From an uncultured Acidimicrobiaceae bacterium (lineage in GTDB: Bacteria > Actinomycetota > Acidimicrobiia > Acidimicrobiales > Bog-793), in assembly GCA_963801185.1 (NCBI GenBank), contig CAWDDW010000003.1:1788353-1852352 (forward strand): DNA of 64,000 bases. Reading direction: 5' to 3'. Below are positions 10,229 through 19,459 of the stretch, one piece after another; the stretch's first letter is position 1; every line of letters begins with the position of its first letter. A model generated the notes under the pieces. That model ran no database searches. It worked only from the letters and a program-made list of their open reading frames with translations, and had not been told where the DNA came from. The position numbers were made by a program, and so were the translations under genes.

Positions 10229-11704
10229 TCAAGCTCCGCCAGCGGCCGGAGCGACACCGTCGGGGCCGAGGTCGGCTTTGACGGTCTTCCCGAGGGCGTT
10301 CCTCGGTAGCTCCGGGACGAATCGGACGACCTTCGGCCTCTTGTAAGGAGCGAGCCTCTCGAGTGTGAACGCGATCAGTTCGGCTTCTGTCACGCTCGCC
10401 CCGGGAGCCCGTTCGACGAAGGCGACCACCTGCTCGCCCCACTCGGCGTCGGGCCATCCGACGACTGCGGCGTCCGCCACGCCAGGATGCTCGCGGAGCA
10501 CGTCCTCGACCTCGCGCGGGTAGACGTTGAACCCGCCGCTTATCACGAGATCGGTCTTCCGGCCGACTATGCGCAGGTACCCGTCGGCGTCGAAGGCGCC
10601 GACGTCGCCGGTGCGGAACCAGCCGTCCTCGAACGCCGTCTCCGTCGCCTCGGGCCTCTCCCAATAGCCGCCGAACACGTTCGGGCCACGCACGAGGATC
10701 TCGCCGCTCCCGTCGTCGCGCACCTCACCGAGACGCAGGCCGACGCCGGGCAGTGGAAAGCCGACCGTCCCCGGCCGGCGCTCGCCCTCGTAGGGATTCG
10801 ACGCGATCATGAGCGTCTCGGTCATCCCGTATCGCTCGACAATGCGCTGGCCGGTGCCCTCTTCGAACCTGCGGTGCAGCTCGGCGGGGAGCGGAGCCGA
10901 GCCTGAGACGCACAACCGGAGCCGCCGCAGCCTCGGCTCGGCCGCGAGCCGTGCGTACATGGTCGGCACTCCGAACAACATGGTCGCCGAGTGCCGCTCG
11001 ATCGCCTCGCCCACGTCTTGCGCGTCGAAACGTGCCCGGAGCACCACAGATCCTCCCACCGCCAACGTCCCCTGCAAGCCGATCCCGAGCCCGTGGACGT
11101 GAAACAAGGGGAGGGCCGACACGAGGCGGTCCTCGGGGGTCCACTGCCACGCGGTCCGGACCGCCTCGCAACCCGCGACGAGGTTGCCGTGGCTGAGGAG
11201 AGCGCCTTTCGGCTGGCCTGTCGTGCCGGACGTGTAGACGAGGAGGGCGGGGTCGCCCGGCGTCGTGCCGTCGAGCATCGCCTCGGCGTGTCCGGTCCCG
11301 GGTGGCACGACGAGGTCTTCGCCGTCAATGGCGATCGTCAGGATCGGCATGTCGCCCGCCGCCTCTTCGACGAGGCGAGCTCGATCGGGGCTGTCCGAGA
11401 CCACCGCCTTCGGCCGAGCGTCCCCGACGACGTGGCCGATCTCGCGAGATCGATACGCCGGGTTCATGGGCACGACTACGAGCCCGAGGCGGAGCGCCGC
11501 CACGTCGGCGACAGCGAGTGCGATCGACGGCGCGGCCGACATGACGACACGGTCGCCGGCCCGGAGCCCTGCCGCCGTCAATCGTCGCGCCAGCCGGCGA
11601 GTTTCCGCCTCGAAGCCGCCCACCGTGATCCAGCCGCGGTGGTCGTCGAAGATGACCGGCTTGTCCGGCGAGCTTGCAAGGGTTCGCGCGAACAGGCCGG
11701 ACAT
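10229..11704 (-). CDS. AMP-forming acyl-CoA synthetase (malonyl-CoA synthetase-like)
   Basis: YTSGTTGQPKG, LPLFHVHGL, ERYGMTET, GWFRTGD, LPRNALGK. Confidence 0.9.
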   Translation of the reverse strand: MSGLFARTLASSPDKPVIFDDHRGWITVGGFEAETRRLARRLTAAGLRAGDRVVMSAAPSIALAVADVAALRLGLVVVPMNPAYRSREIGHVVGDARPKAVVSDSPDRARLVEEAAGDMPILTIAIDGEDLVVPPGTGHAEAMLDGTTPGDPALLVYTSGTTGQPKGALLSHGNLVAGCEAVRTAWQWTPEDRLVSALPLFHVHGLGIGLQGTLAVGGSVVLRARFDAQDVGEAIERHSATMLFGVPTMYARLAAEPRLRRLRLCVSGSAPLPAELHRRFEEGTGQRIVERYGMTETLMIASNPYEGERRPGTVGFPLPGVGLRLGEVRDDGSGEILVRGPNVFGGYWERPEATETAFEDGWFRTGDVGAFDADGYLRIVGRKTDLVISGGFNVYPREVEDVLREHPGVADAAVVGWPDAEWGEQVVAFVERAPGASVTEAELIAFTLERLAPYKRPKVVRFVPELPRNALGKTVKADLGPDGVAPAAGGA

Positions 11705-11737
11705 CGGTTTCAGCCTAGGGCGCCCCCTCGGTCGGGC

Positions 11738-13024
11738 TCAGTGCTGGCCGAGGTAGAACGCGGTCCCCTGGTCGTCCTCGCACTCCGAGCTCCATCCGTA
11801 GGCCATGAGCTCCGGGTCGGTGGCGGTCCCTCCTTCCGCCCGGATACGGGCGACAGCCGACTGGATGTCGTCGACGCGGTACATGGGAAGGACGCGAGGA
11901 CGGTCCGAGCCGCCGGCGAGGCCGGTCATAGGGGCGACGCCGACCGGCCCCCAGCCGTCCTCGCTGTGCCCAGGCTCGAATTCCCAGCCGAGCACGGTGC
12001 CGTAGAAGGCGCGGGCGACGGCGGAGTCGACGACGTGCATCGTGATGTAGGAGACATCGCCGTGCCGTTCGCCGTTCAGAGCCGGTCTCTCCTGGCGGCC
12101 CTCGGCCGGGGACAGCTCGTAGAGGGCGAAGCGCATGCCCTCGGGGTCGGTGCACATGGCCGAGCGTCCCCACGGTTCGTCGCTCACCTCCTCGACCGAC
12201 CCGCCGGCCTGGCGGACCCGATCGACCGCTGAATCGAGGTCGTCGACGCCGTAGTTGCAGAAAAGGGTCGGGTGCTCGACTCCACCGGCGAAGCCGTGAG
12301 GCACCGCACGCCAGGGGACGTGGCGATGACCGTCTTCGGGCCATCCGAGAACCACGGCAAAGAAACGCCGCGCCCGCGCCTCGTCCGGCACCCACAACGA
12401 CACGTACCCGGTGTCACCGTGGCGGATCTTCTCGGTGAGCGTCGGTCCCGCCACCATCCACCGGTGGGCGAAAGGGTCCCGGATGACGGCGTTCCTGCCA
12501 TAGGGATAGTCGGCGGCCGGCCGCTCCAAGGTGGCGCCCTCCGCGAGGGCTCGTTCGACGGTCGCGTCGACGTCGGCGATGTTGAGCACGAGCGTGACGG
12601 TCGCGTCGGCACCCGGGACGGGGCCGGCGACGTGGCTCGCGGGCGATTCGTCCGACAGGTATACGAGCGTGCGACTCAGCTCCAAGGTGCAGTGGCCGAT
12701 GCGGCCGTCGGGCATGAGTATCGGGTCGTCGACGAGGCGTGCGCCGAAGGCGGCGGCATACCACTCAATGGCGGTCTGGGCGCCACGGACCGCAAGGTAC
12801 GGGACCACGCCGCCGGGGGCCAGCGGGTCGGGCGAGTCGGTTGCCGGGGAGGCCGCAGAGGCGCGTCGGGGGAGGGAGACGGTTGTCATGAGGGTGCTCG
12901 TTTCTCGCGTGGTGGACTGGGTGGAGAGTGCTTGTTCGAGACGGGTGCGGAGCCGGGCGGCGAAGGCTGGATCGGGGTCGACGGGCGCATTGTCGGAGCG
13001 CAGGCTCAGGAACGGATCAGGCAT
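11738..13024 (-). CDS. Multi-domain VOC/glyoxalase protein with anti-sigma-like N-terminal segment
   Basis: Repeated VOC modules (IRDPFAHRW, CTDPEGMRF, CEDDQGTAF; ARRFFAVVLGW, ARAFYGTVLGW); start overlaps the ECF sigma stop. Confidence 0.8.
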   Translation of the reverse strand: MPDPFLSLRSDNAPVDPDPAFAARLRTRLEQALSTQSTTRETSTLMTTVSLPRRASAASPATDSPDPLAPGGVVPYLAVRGAQTAIEWYAAAFGARLVDDPILMPDGRIGHCTLELSRTLVYLSDESPASHVAGPVPGADATVTLVLNIADVDATVERALAEGATLERPAADYPYGRNAVIRDPFAHRWMVAGPTLTEKIRHGDTGYVSLWVPDEARARRFFAVVLGWPEDGHRHVPWRAVPHGFAGGVEHPTLFCNYGVDDLDSAVDRVRQAGGSVEEVSDEPWGRSAMCTDPEGMRFALYELSPAEGRQERPALNGERHGDVSYITMHVVDSAVARAFYGTVLGWEFEPGHSEDGWGPVGVAPMTGLAGGSDRPRVLPMYRVDDIQSAVARIRAEGGTATDPELMAYGWSSECEDDQGTAFYLGQH

Positions 13025-13571
13025 GGTCAGCCTCCCCAGCGAGGTAAGCGATCCTGAACGCGCTCCGGGCGCGGGCGAGCAAGGACTCGGTCCCGTGCTC
13101 CGAGCGGCCGAGCGCCCTCGCGACTTCGGTCACCGGAAGATCGTCGACATAGCGGAGCACGAGCGCCGCCCTGTGATTGGGAGACAGCTGCCCGAGGATC
13201 TCCCGGGCGTACAGCAAGTCGAGCTCGCCGACCCAGGGGTCCTCGTTCTGGGCCGCGGTCGTCTCGGAGCTCGCCACCGCCCGGAGGTTACGGTCCTCAC
13301 GCTGGAGCTTGCGCCAGTGGTCGATGAGCTTGTGGCGGGCCACGCCGATCAGCCACGCCGTCGAGATCGTGGGCACGCTGTGGTGCATGCCAGGAGACGG
13401 CTCCTTGAGCGCTGCCGCTGCCGCGAGCCAGGTCTCCGATGTCAGCTCCTCCGCCGTCGCCACGTGGTGGCATCGCGCGAGCAGGTAGCCGTAGACGTGG
13501 GGCAGGGCCTCGTCGTAGAGGCCGAGCAGCGCGCCCGGGCTCTCTGGGCTCGCAGCCGGCTTTCCCGTCAC
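13017..13571 (-). CDS. ECF sigma-70 factor
   Basis: Region 2 AEELTSETW...AWLIGVARHKLIDHWR; region 4 LSPNHRAALVLRYVDDLPVTEVARALG...LLARAR. Confidence 0.92.
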   Translation of the reverse strand: MTGKPAASPESPGALLGLYDEALPHVYGYLLARCHHVATAEELTSETWLAAAAALKEPSPGMHHSVPTISTAWLIGVARHKLIDHWRKLQREDRNLRAVASSETTAAQNEDPWVGELDLLYAREILGQLSPNHRAALVLRYVDDLPVTEVARALGRSEHGTESLLARARSAFRIAYLAGEADHA

Positions 13572-13653
13572 ACTGTCATTGTCGTCCGGAGCGGGCTGTT
13601 TCCGTCGGCCCGATCGCAGATTCGTCGGGGGGACGCCTCAGGTCAACGCCGCC

Positions 13654-14322
13654 TCAGGCGGCAGCGTGCTCGGCCTCGCGCTCGGACAGCCACTCCCACC
13701 AGGCGTTCGCTCCACGGCGCATGCCGTCGGCGACGAGGCGGCTGTCGTCAGAGTCAGAGCCGGATCTGCAGCAGGACTGAAGTGCCTCGAGCGTCCAGGA
13801 GGCGTGGTCGGCCTCCATCGTGGCGTGGACGTCCCAGAACTCGGTCGTGGTCTCGTCGCAGCCGTAGTGCACCCTGAGGCCGTCGCCCTTCGACCGGGCG
13901 ATGGCTGCTGCCTGACACTCGTAGGAGGCGAGGACGCCGAGGGCTGCGAGGGGACTCTCGATCGCGGCCGACTCGTAGGTGGCGACGAGCTCGGTGGTCT
14001 TCGGTGTCGCTGCCACGCCAGGCTCGGCGCCGACCCCAACGGCGAAACCCTCGAACAGCTCGACGTGCGCCCTCGGCTCGGACAGCTCGTCTGCCAGGTT
14101 GGCCTGGACCAGCGAGCGGGCAGTCCCGGCGGGGAGGCCGTCGGCTATCGACCGCAGGGCACGAGGCAGGGCCGCCTCGACGTGGCGGTACTGCTCGGCG
14201 TAACGGGCGAGCTCGCCGGTCTCGAGCTCGCCGGCCTGCCACCGTTGGTAGAAGGGGTGATCGAGGAGCCGGCGGTCGGTCAGTGCTGCGGCGAGTGCCG
14301 CGTCGAAAGGAGAGCTGGCCAT
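13654..14322 (-). CDS. CADD/PqqC/TenA-like heme-oxygenase-fold diiron enzyme
   Basis: LLDHPFYQRWQAGEL, NLADE...H, SYECQ...K, FWDVHATMEADH align by eye with CADD ligands. Confidence 0.8.
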   Translation of the reverse strand: MASSPFDAALAAALTDRRLLDHPFYQRWQAGELETGELARYAEQYRHVEAALPRALRSIADGLPAGTARSLVQANLADELSEPRAHVELFEGFAVGVGAEPGVAATPKTTELVATYESAAIESPLAALGVLASYECQAAAIARSKGDGLRVHYGCDETTTEFWDVHATMEADHASWTLEALQSCCRSGSDSDDSRLVADGMRRGANAWWEWLSEREAEHAAA

Positions 14323-14403
14323 GGGCCGACGCTAGCTCGCGCGGCAGGTGCCGCGTGGCTCTTTCGGCTCTCCGGTGACATGCTTGCGCCATAGGAGGCA
14401 ACG

Positions 14404-15489
14404 ATGACGACGATCGAGCCGGCACTCAGGTACCCAGGGATAAGCGCGCAAGGTTTTGCTCACCCGGCTGACCGGGCGGCCGCCGCCGCCATCCACTCGA
14501 TCCCGATGCTCGACCAGGCGATCAAGTGGCTCTCTGAGTTCCAGGGCGAGCGAGTGATGCGCCAGCTCTACCTCGGCCAGGCGGTTCGGCTCGGCGAGGA
14601 CCAGCTGCCGGCGATCTGGGCGATGCAGCGCCAGTGCGCCAATACCCTCGACGTCGCCGAGTGCCCGAAGCTCTACGTCACCCAGCACCCGTTCGGCAAC
14701 GCAATGACGGTCGGGACGAAGGAGCCGGTGACCCTCGTGCTGTCCGGGCTCGTCGGCGGCTACTCCGAGGAGGAGCTCCGCTCGGTGCTGGCGCACGAGA
14801 TGGGCCACGTGCTGGCGGACCACGTCGGGCTCACCACCGCTCTCGTCATCGTGCACAACGCACTGAGCGGCGTGCTCGCGACCCAGCCCTTCTCCAAGAT
14901 CCCCCTCCAGGCGCTGTACTACGCGCTCCTCGAGTGGTCCCGTGCCGCCGAGCTCACGTGCGACCGGGCGGCCGCTCTCGTCGTCGCCGACCCTCGCATC
15001 CCCTGCCAGACGCTCATGAGGATCGCCGGGGGCCCGGTGAAGGACATGAGCCTCGATGCTTTCATCCGCCAGGCGACCGAGTACGAGAACGAGGAAGACC
15101 CGTTCGCGCGGTGGTCGCGCTTCTTCCGGGAGATCAGGTCGACGCACCCATTCCCGGTCCGGCGGGTGAAGGAGCTCATCAACTGGGTGGCCGTCGGCGA
15201 CTACGACCGCATCCGTTCGGGTGACTACCTCCACCGGGGTCAGGAGCCGCCACCGTCGGAGGAGTTCGACAAGATGTTCCGGCACTACCGGTCGCGTTTC
15301 TCGACGATCCTCGATCGTGCCGGGTCGGGCATCCAGACGGTCGTCGGCCGCGTGAGCACGTGGCTCGGCGGGACCGGTGGCGCTGGTGCGGCCGGTGGGA
15401 CTGGCGGAGCTGGTGCGGCTGGCGGGGCCGCCAGTGGCAATGGGGATGACGACGACTTCGGCGACTTCGACGACGACGGAGACGCGTAG
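14404..15489 (+). CDS. M48 family zinc metallopeptidase
   Basis: VLAHEMGH (HExxH), WSRAAELTCDRA, STHPFPVRR; RBS GGAGG. Confidence 0.9.
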   Translation: MTTIEPALRYPGISAQGFAHPADRAAAAAIHSIPMLDQAIKWLSEFQGERVMRQLYLGQAVRLGEDQLPAIWAMQRQCANTLDVAECPKLYVTQHPFGNAMTVGTKEPVTLVLSGLVGGYSEEELRSVLAHEMGHVLADHVGLTTALVIVHNALSGVLATQPFSKIPLQALYYALLEWSRAAELTCDRAAALVVADPRIPCQTLMRIAGGPVKDMSLDAFIRQATEYENEEDPFARWSRFFREIRSTHPFPVRRVKELINWVAVGDYDRIRSGDYLHRGQEPPPSEEFDKMFRHYRSRFSTILDRAGSGIQTVVGRVSTWLGGTGGAGAAGGTGGAGAAGGAASGNGDDDDFGDFDDDGDA

Positions 15490-15491
15490 TC

Positions 15492-18400
15492 TCAGGTCGC
15501 CGGCCTCTGCGGGCGCACCGACGCCCTCGCTGTGAGACCTACCCCGTACTCGTTGTGCGCGGTGACCATGATCGTCCACTTCACGCCCCAGTCAAGGCCA
15601 TGGAAGTGGTGGGAGACGGCATCTGGCGAGAGCTTCGCCACCTGTTCAGGCAGCCCCTCGGCGATCGCGCGGACGCGGTAGTACGTGATCGGGCTGCCGC
15701 CGTCGCTCTGTGGAGCTTGCCAGCCGATAGAAGCGGAATCAGGGCCGACTCCGACGACCTCGATCTCGGGCCTGCTCGGAGCGCTGTCGGTGTAGCCGAA
15801 GACGGCTGTCTTCACTGCCTTCGAAGCGCCGTACCCGGTCGCGCCGGACTCGACGGTCTCGAGCGTGATGGCGACAGTCGTTCCCGCGGTGCCGGGCGGA
15901 GCACGAACCTCGACGGAGTTGTACGAGCCGCAGTCAAGGAGCGCCTGAGCGTTGGCGAAATTCTCGGCGAGCGTCTTTCCGAACCACACCGAGGTGACGC
16001 AGCCGAGATTCTGGCCGGTGATGGTCACGTGGGTCCCCCCGTGCGCCGGCCCGGAGGCCGGGCTAGCGCTCGTCACGACCGGGTTGCCGGGCGGGTAGAT
16101 GATCATCGAGGTCTGCGCGTGGGACCTGCTGCAGCCGGTAGCGGTACAGAGCCGGACCTTTACGACAGCAGGGTTCTGCTGCGGGTTGAGAAGTGTCGCC
16201 TCGCGGTCCGACCCGATGTCGAGCGTGTACTGGGTCGCGAAGGAGTACGGCGTGTAGGCGTCAGTGAATTCCGCCATGATCGTCCCCTCGAGACCGTTGC
16301 CGATGACCGTCACCTTCTGCCCTCCGAGAGCGGTAGCCGCCGACGGGGACACACTCACGAGGTATGGCCGGCCGGCGTAGGTGGCCTGCTCGGAGCCGGA
16401 CGTGCCTCCAAGTGTCTCGATGGAGACGGGTACATCCAAAGTGTCCGTCGTCACTTGCTCGGGCGGCGCTGTCACCTGGATCTCGGTTCCCGAGACGTAG
16501 CTGTAGTTGGCGTCGAGCGAGTACTCGGACGAGGTCGGCCCGAAGAACAGGCCTTCGATGGCGAACAGGTTGAGGCCCCTGCCGTCGATGGTGACGGTGG
16601 TCGTGCCCTTCTCGCTCGCGTACGAGGCCGGACCGCCCTCTGCGGTCGACAGGCTCGTGATCGCCGGCGCCGGGAAGTAGTCGTACTCGCTCGGCGCGGG
16701 CACGACCTCGCAGCCACATCCCGGTGGTGCCGGGATGACTCCGTTCGGGTTGAACACGGTCGCGCCTTCGTAGGCAAGATCGATCGGGTACTGCTCGCTC
16801 GAGCCGTTCGCGTTGGCCACCACGACCTGTGTCTGGCACATGTCGTCGGCCGAGCTGAGGCTCGTCTCGCACTTGGTGCCCGAGGACGAGAAAGCGGGAA
16901 CGACTGCAGTGATCTCGAAGGGGTTGTCGACCGTGAATCTCGTCGCCGTCACCGTCCCGAACGTCACCGAGCTGACGGCGACGCCGTCACCGGAGAAGCC
17001 GGACCCGAGGATCGTGACCTTGTTCCCACCGGCCTCGGCTCCGCCGTAGCTGCTGATGCCCGTGACAGCAGGCACGGGGCCATTCGTGTCGTTGTCGACA
17101 CTGTCGATGATGCTCGCCGGGGTGATCGGGCTCGATTCGCCGTCGGTGAGCGTCACCGTGAGGACCGCCGGCCCAGAACCGTCGCTCGTCGGATCAGTGG
17201 GCACGAGATAGTCACCAGGCGGAGCGTCGAGCGAGATCGTGGTCGGGCTCTCGACGGTGTAGGCGTCGGCCGGCAGGAGGATGTTGTTGACCCAGATCTT
17301 GCTCACGTCGGGAGCGCTGCCTTTCTCGAAGCCGGTGCCCGTGACGGTGACCGTAGACGGGCTCCCGTTCGTCTCGACGACAGAAGGGTCGACGTTCGAG
17401 ATGGTCGGTCGTGTCGCCGAGACGGCGTACGAGCAGAGGTAGTACGCGAGCCCGTCTCCGCCGCTCGGCGTCGTGAGCTGCGGGCTGCCCAGTCCTGACG
17501 CCATGTCGTAGCCGGTCGTTGACGCGAACACCTTGCCGTTGTCGATGTCGTAGCTGTCGTTGTTGCCGGTCGTGATGTCGTTGAACGAGGCGGCGTACGA
17601 AGCCCGGCTCGATGCGACGGCGTAGAGGAGCGGGCTGACGAAGCCCACGCCGCTCGTCGTCAAATCGTTGCCCTGGCAAGTCACTGACGCATTCACGTCC
17701 GCCAACAACCCGGCCCATATCGGTGCGGAGGAAGAGGTCCCTCCGATCGTGGTCCACCCCGATGCCCCGGGACCGAAAGAGGCGCTGTAGACCGTCACCG
17801 CTCCGGTGAACTCGTCAGCCTGTGCCGAGACGTCAGGAACTTCCCGGCAGGGATCGTCACCGGTCGCGCCGCCGAAGGTCCCTCCGTCCGGGTTGCCCTG
17901 GCAGAAGTGGTCCCCCTCCACCTTCTCGGCGGTCGCTACGGTCGCCGCCGGATCGACGCCGGGGACGGTCGCGCCGGCCTGCCATGAAGGCATCACCCAG
18001 GAGTTCGAGATCCCGCCCCCACCCGCGCCGCCGAGTGCTCCGTCGTTCCAGACGTGCTCTTCCGGAGGTTGGGTGGCGTCCTCGATGGTGGTCCCACCCA
18101 CCGAGACGACGTACGGCTGGCTTCCCGGATCGTCAACGGAAAGGTACGGGGCCACCGGGACCGATGTCTCGAAGCCGTTGCAGTCGTCGCTCCCACTGTC
18201 GCCGGCGGCCGCGAACACACTCTGGCCCTGGGCTGCGGCCTCCTCGAAGAGGGCATTTTCTTCCTGTTGGAAACCGGGCTCGCCCTGCTGGAGCGCGGTC
18301 TCGCAGAAACCCCAGCTCACCGTGACGACCTCGTCCCTGTCGGACGAGATGATCTGGTTGAACTCGTCCAGGCCGCCGAAGGCCGTGTTCGGCGCCTCGT

Positions 18401-19446
18401 AGACGTCGATGGTGGCACCGGGTGCCATCGCGGAGACGTCCTCGACGTCGAGGATCGACTCACCGGAACCAGGGCCCGGCGGCTGGCCGCCGTCGAGGCT
18501 GTGCACGTGGAGGCGGGCAGCCATCTCGGATGCCTGGGCCTTCCCGAAGTAGCACTGATCGAACGTCTTGACGTCCGACGGCCTGAGCGACTTCGAGCTC
18601 GTATACCGCGATCGACTGGCCTCGACCGGTGTCGCCGGTTCTGTACAAGCCGAACGCCCCGTAGGCATTCGCGATCTGGTCGTCCGTCAGGCCGCCCAAC
18701 GAAGTGGCAGCCGCCTTCGCCGCCGGGCAGGCAGACGGTGCGCCGGTCACGTGCTCGACGGTGCCCGCCTTGGCCGGGGGATGGGACTCAGCCTCGGCCT
18801 TGGAGGCGCGGAGCAGCCCCTCGGGAGTGGCCCGCACGAGGTCGTCGAGCCCGACCACGAGGTTTACCTGCGAAGCGAACCAACTAGGAAGCCGGACGGC
18901 GGTAGTGGTGGCACGGCCGACGGTCCCGTCGGGCAGCCGGAAGTCGGCGAGCCCAGTGTGGAACGCCGCCTCCATCTGGCGCGCACTGCCACTGAACTTC
19001 ACGAGCAGGCCGTTCGGCGACAGGCCGTCGACTCGCAGGCCGTCGCTCGTGAGCGAGGCCTTCACTGCGTCGATGGTCGCCTCTGTCGGCCCGAACCTCC
19101 GGGCGAACTCGCCGCCTCTCAGGTACCGGTGGAACTCCGGCGAGCCCTTCGTCGTCGCCGAGGAGATGAAGCGAACGAGGCCGGCCTCGTCGCGCGGTCG
19201 TAGGCCGATCGCAGCCTCGATGTTCGTCGACGGGCTGACTGGCCCGATCAGCTCGGACCGGCCGATGACCGCCGGAGCCCGCATGACCGTCTCGAGCCGG
19301 TTCATCTGAGCGGGCGGGGCGGACACAGACGCGGATGCGGTCGAAGCCACGGCCCCGAGCCACGGCAGCGACATCGCCACGACGATCGCCGAGACCGTCA
19401 CAAGTCGTGTGCTGATCGGTGCCGTGCGCACTGTCTGTCCTTTCAT
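15492..19446 (-). CDS. Secreted S53 (sedolisin/kumamolisin) protease with pro-domain, IPT/TIG repeats and C-terminal Fn3, about 1317 aa; frameshift near 18592
   Basis: Signal peptide, pro-domain FARRFGPT, catalytic ESILDVE / AAAGDSG / GGTSSSAP, GYDMASGLGSP, IPT motifs (SPASGPAHGGTHVTITG), Fn3 (WQAPQSDGGSPITYY). Frames join as YELESLRPSD if CTCGAAG is read as CTCGAG. Confidence 0.88.
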
Positions 19447-19459
19447 CGCGTCCAAGTAG

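Noticed and set aside
15361-15489. Gly/Ala repeat and Asp-rich tail of the M48 peptidase
   Set aside because: Ordinary low-complexity disordered tail with no further signal.
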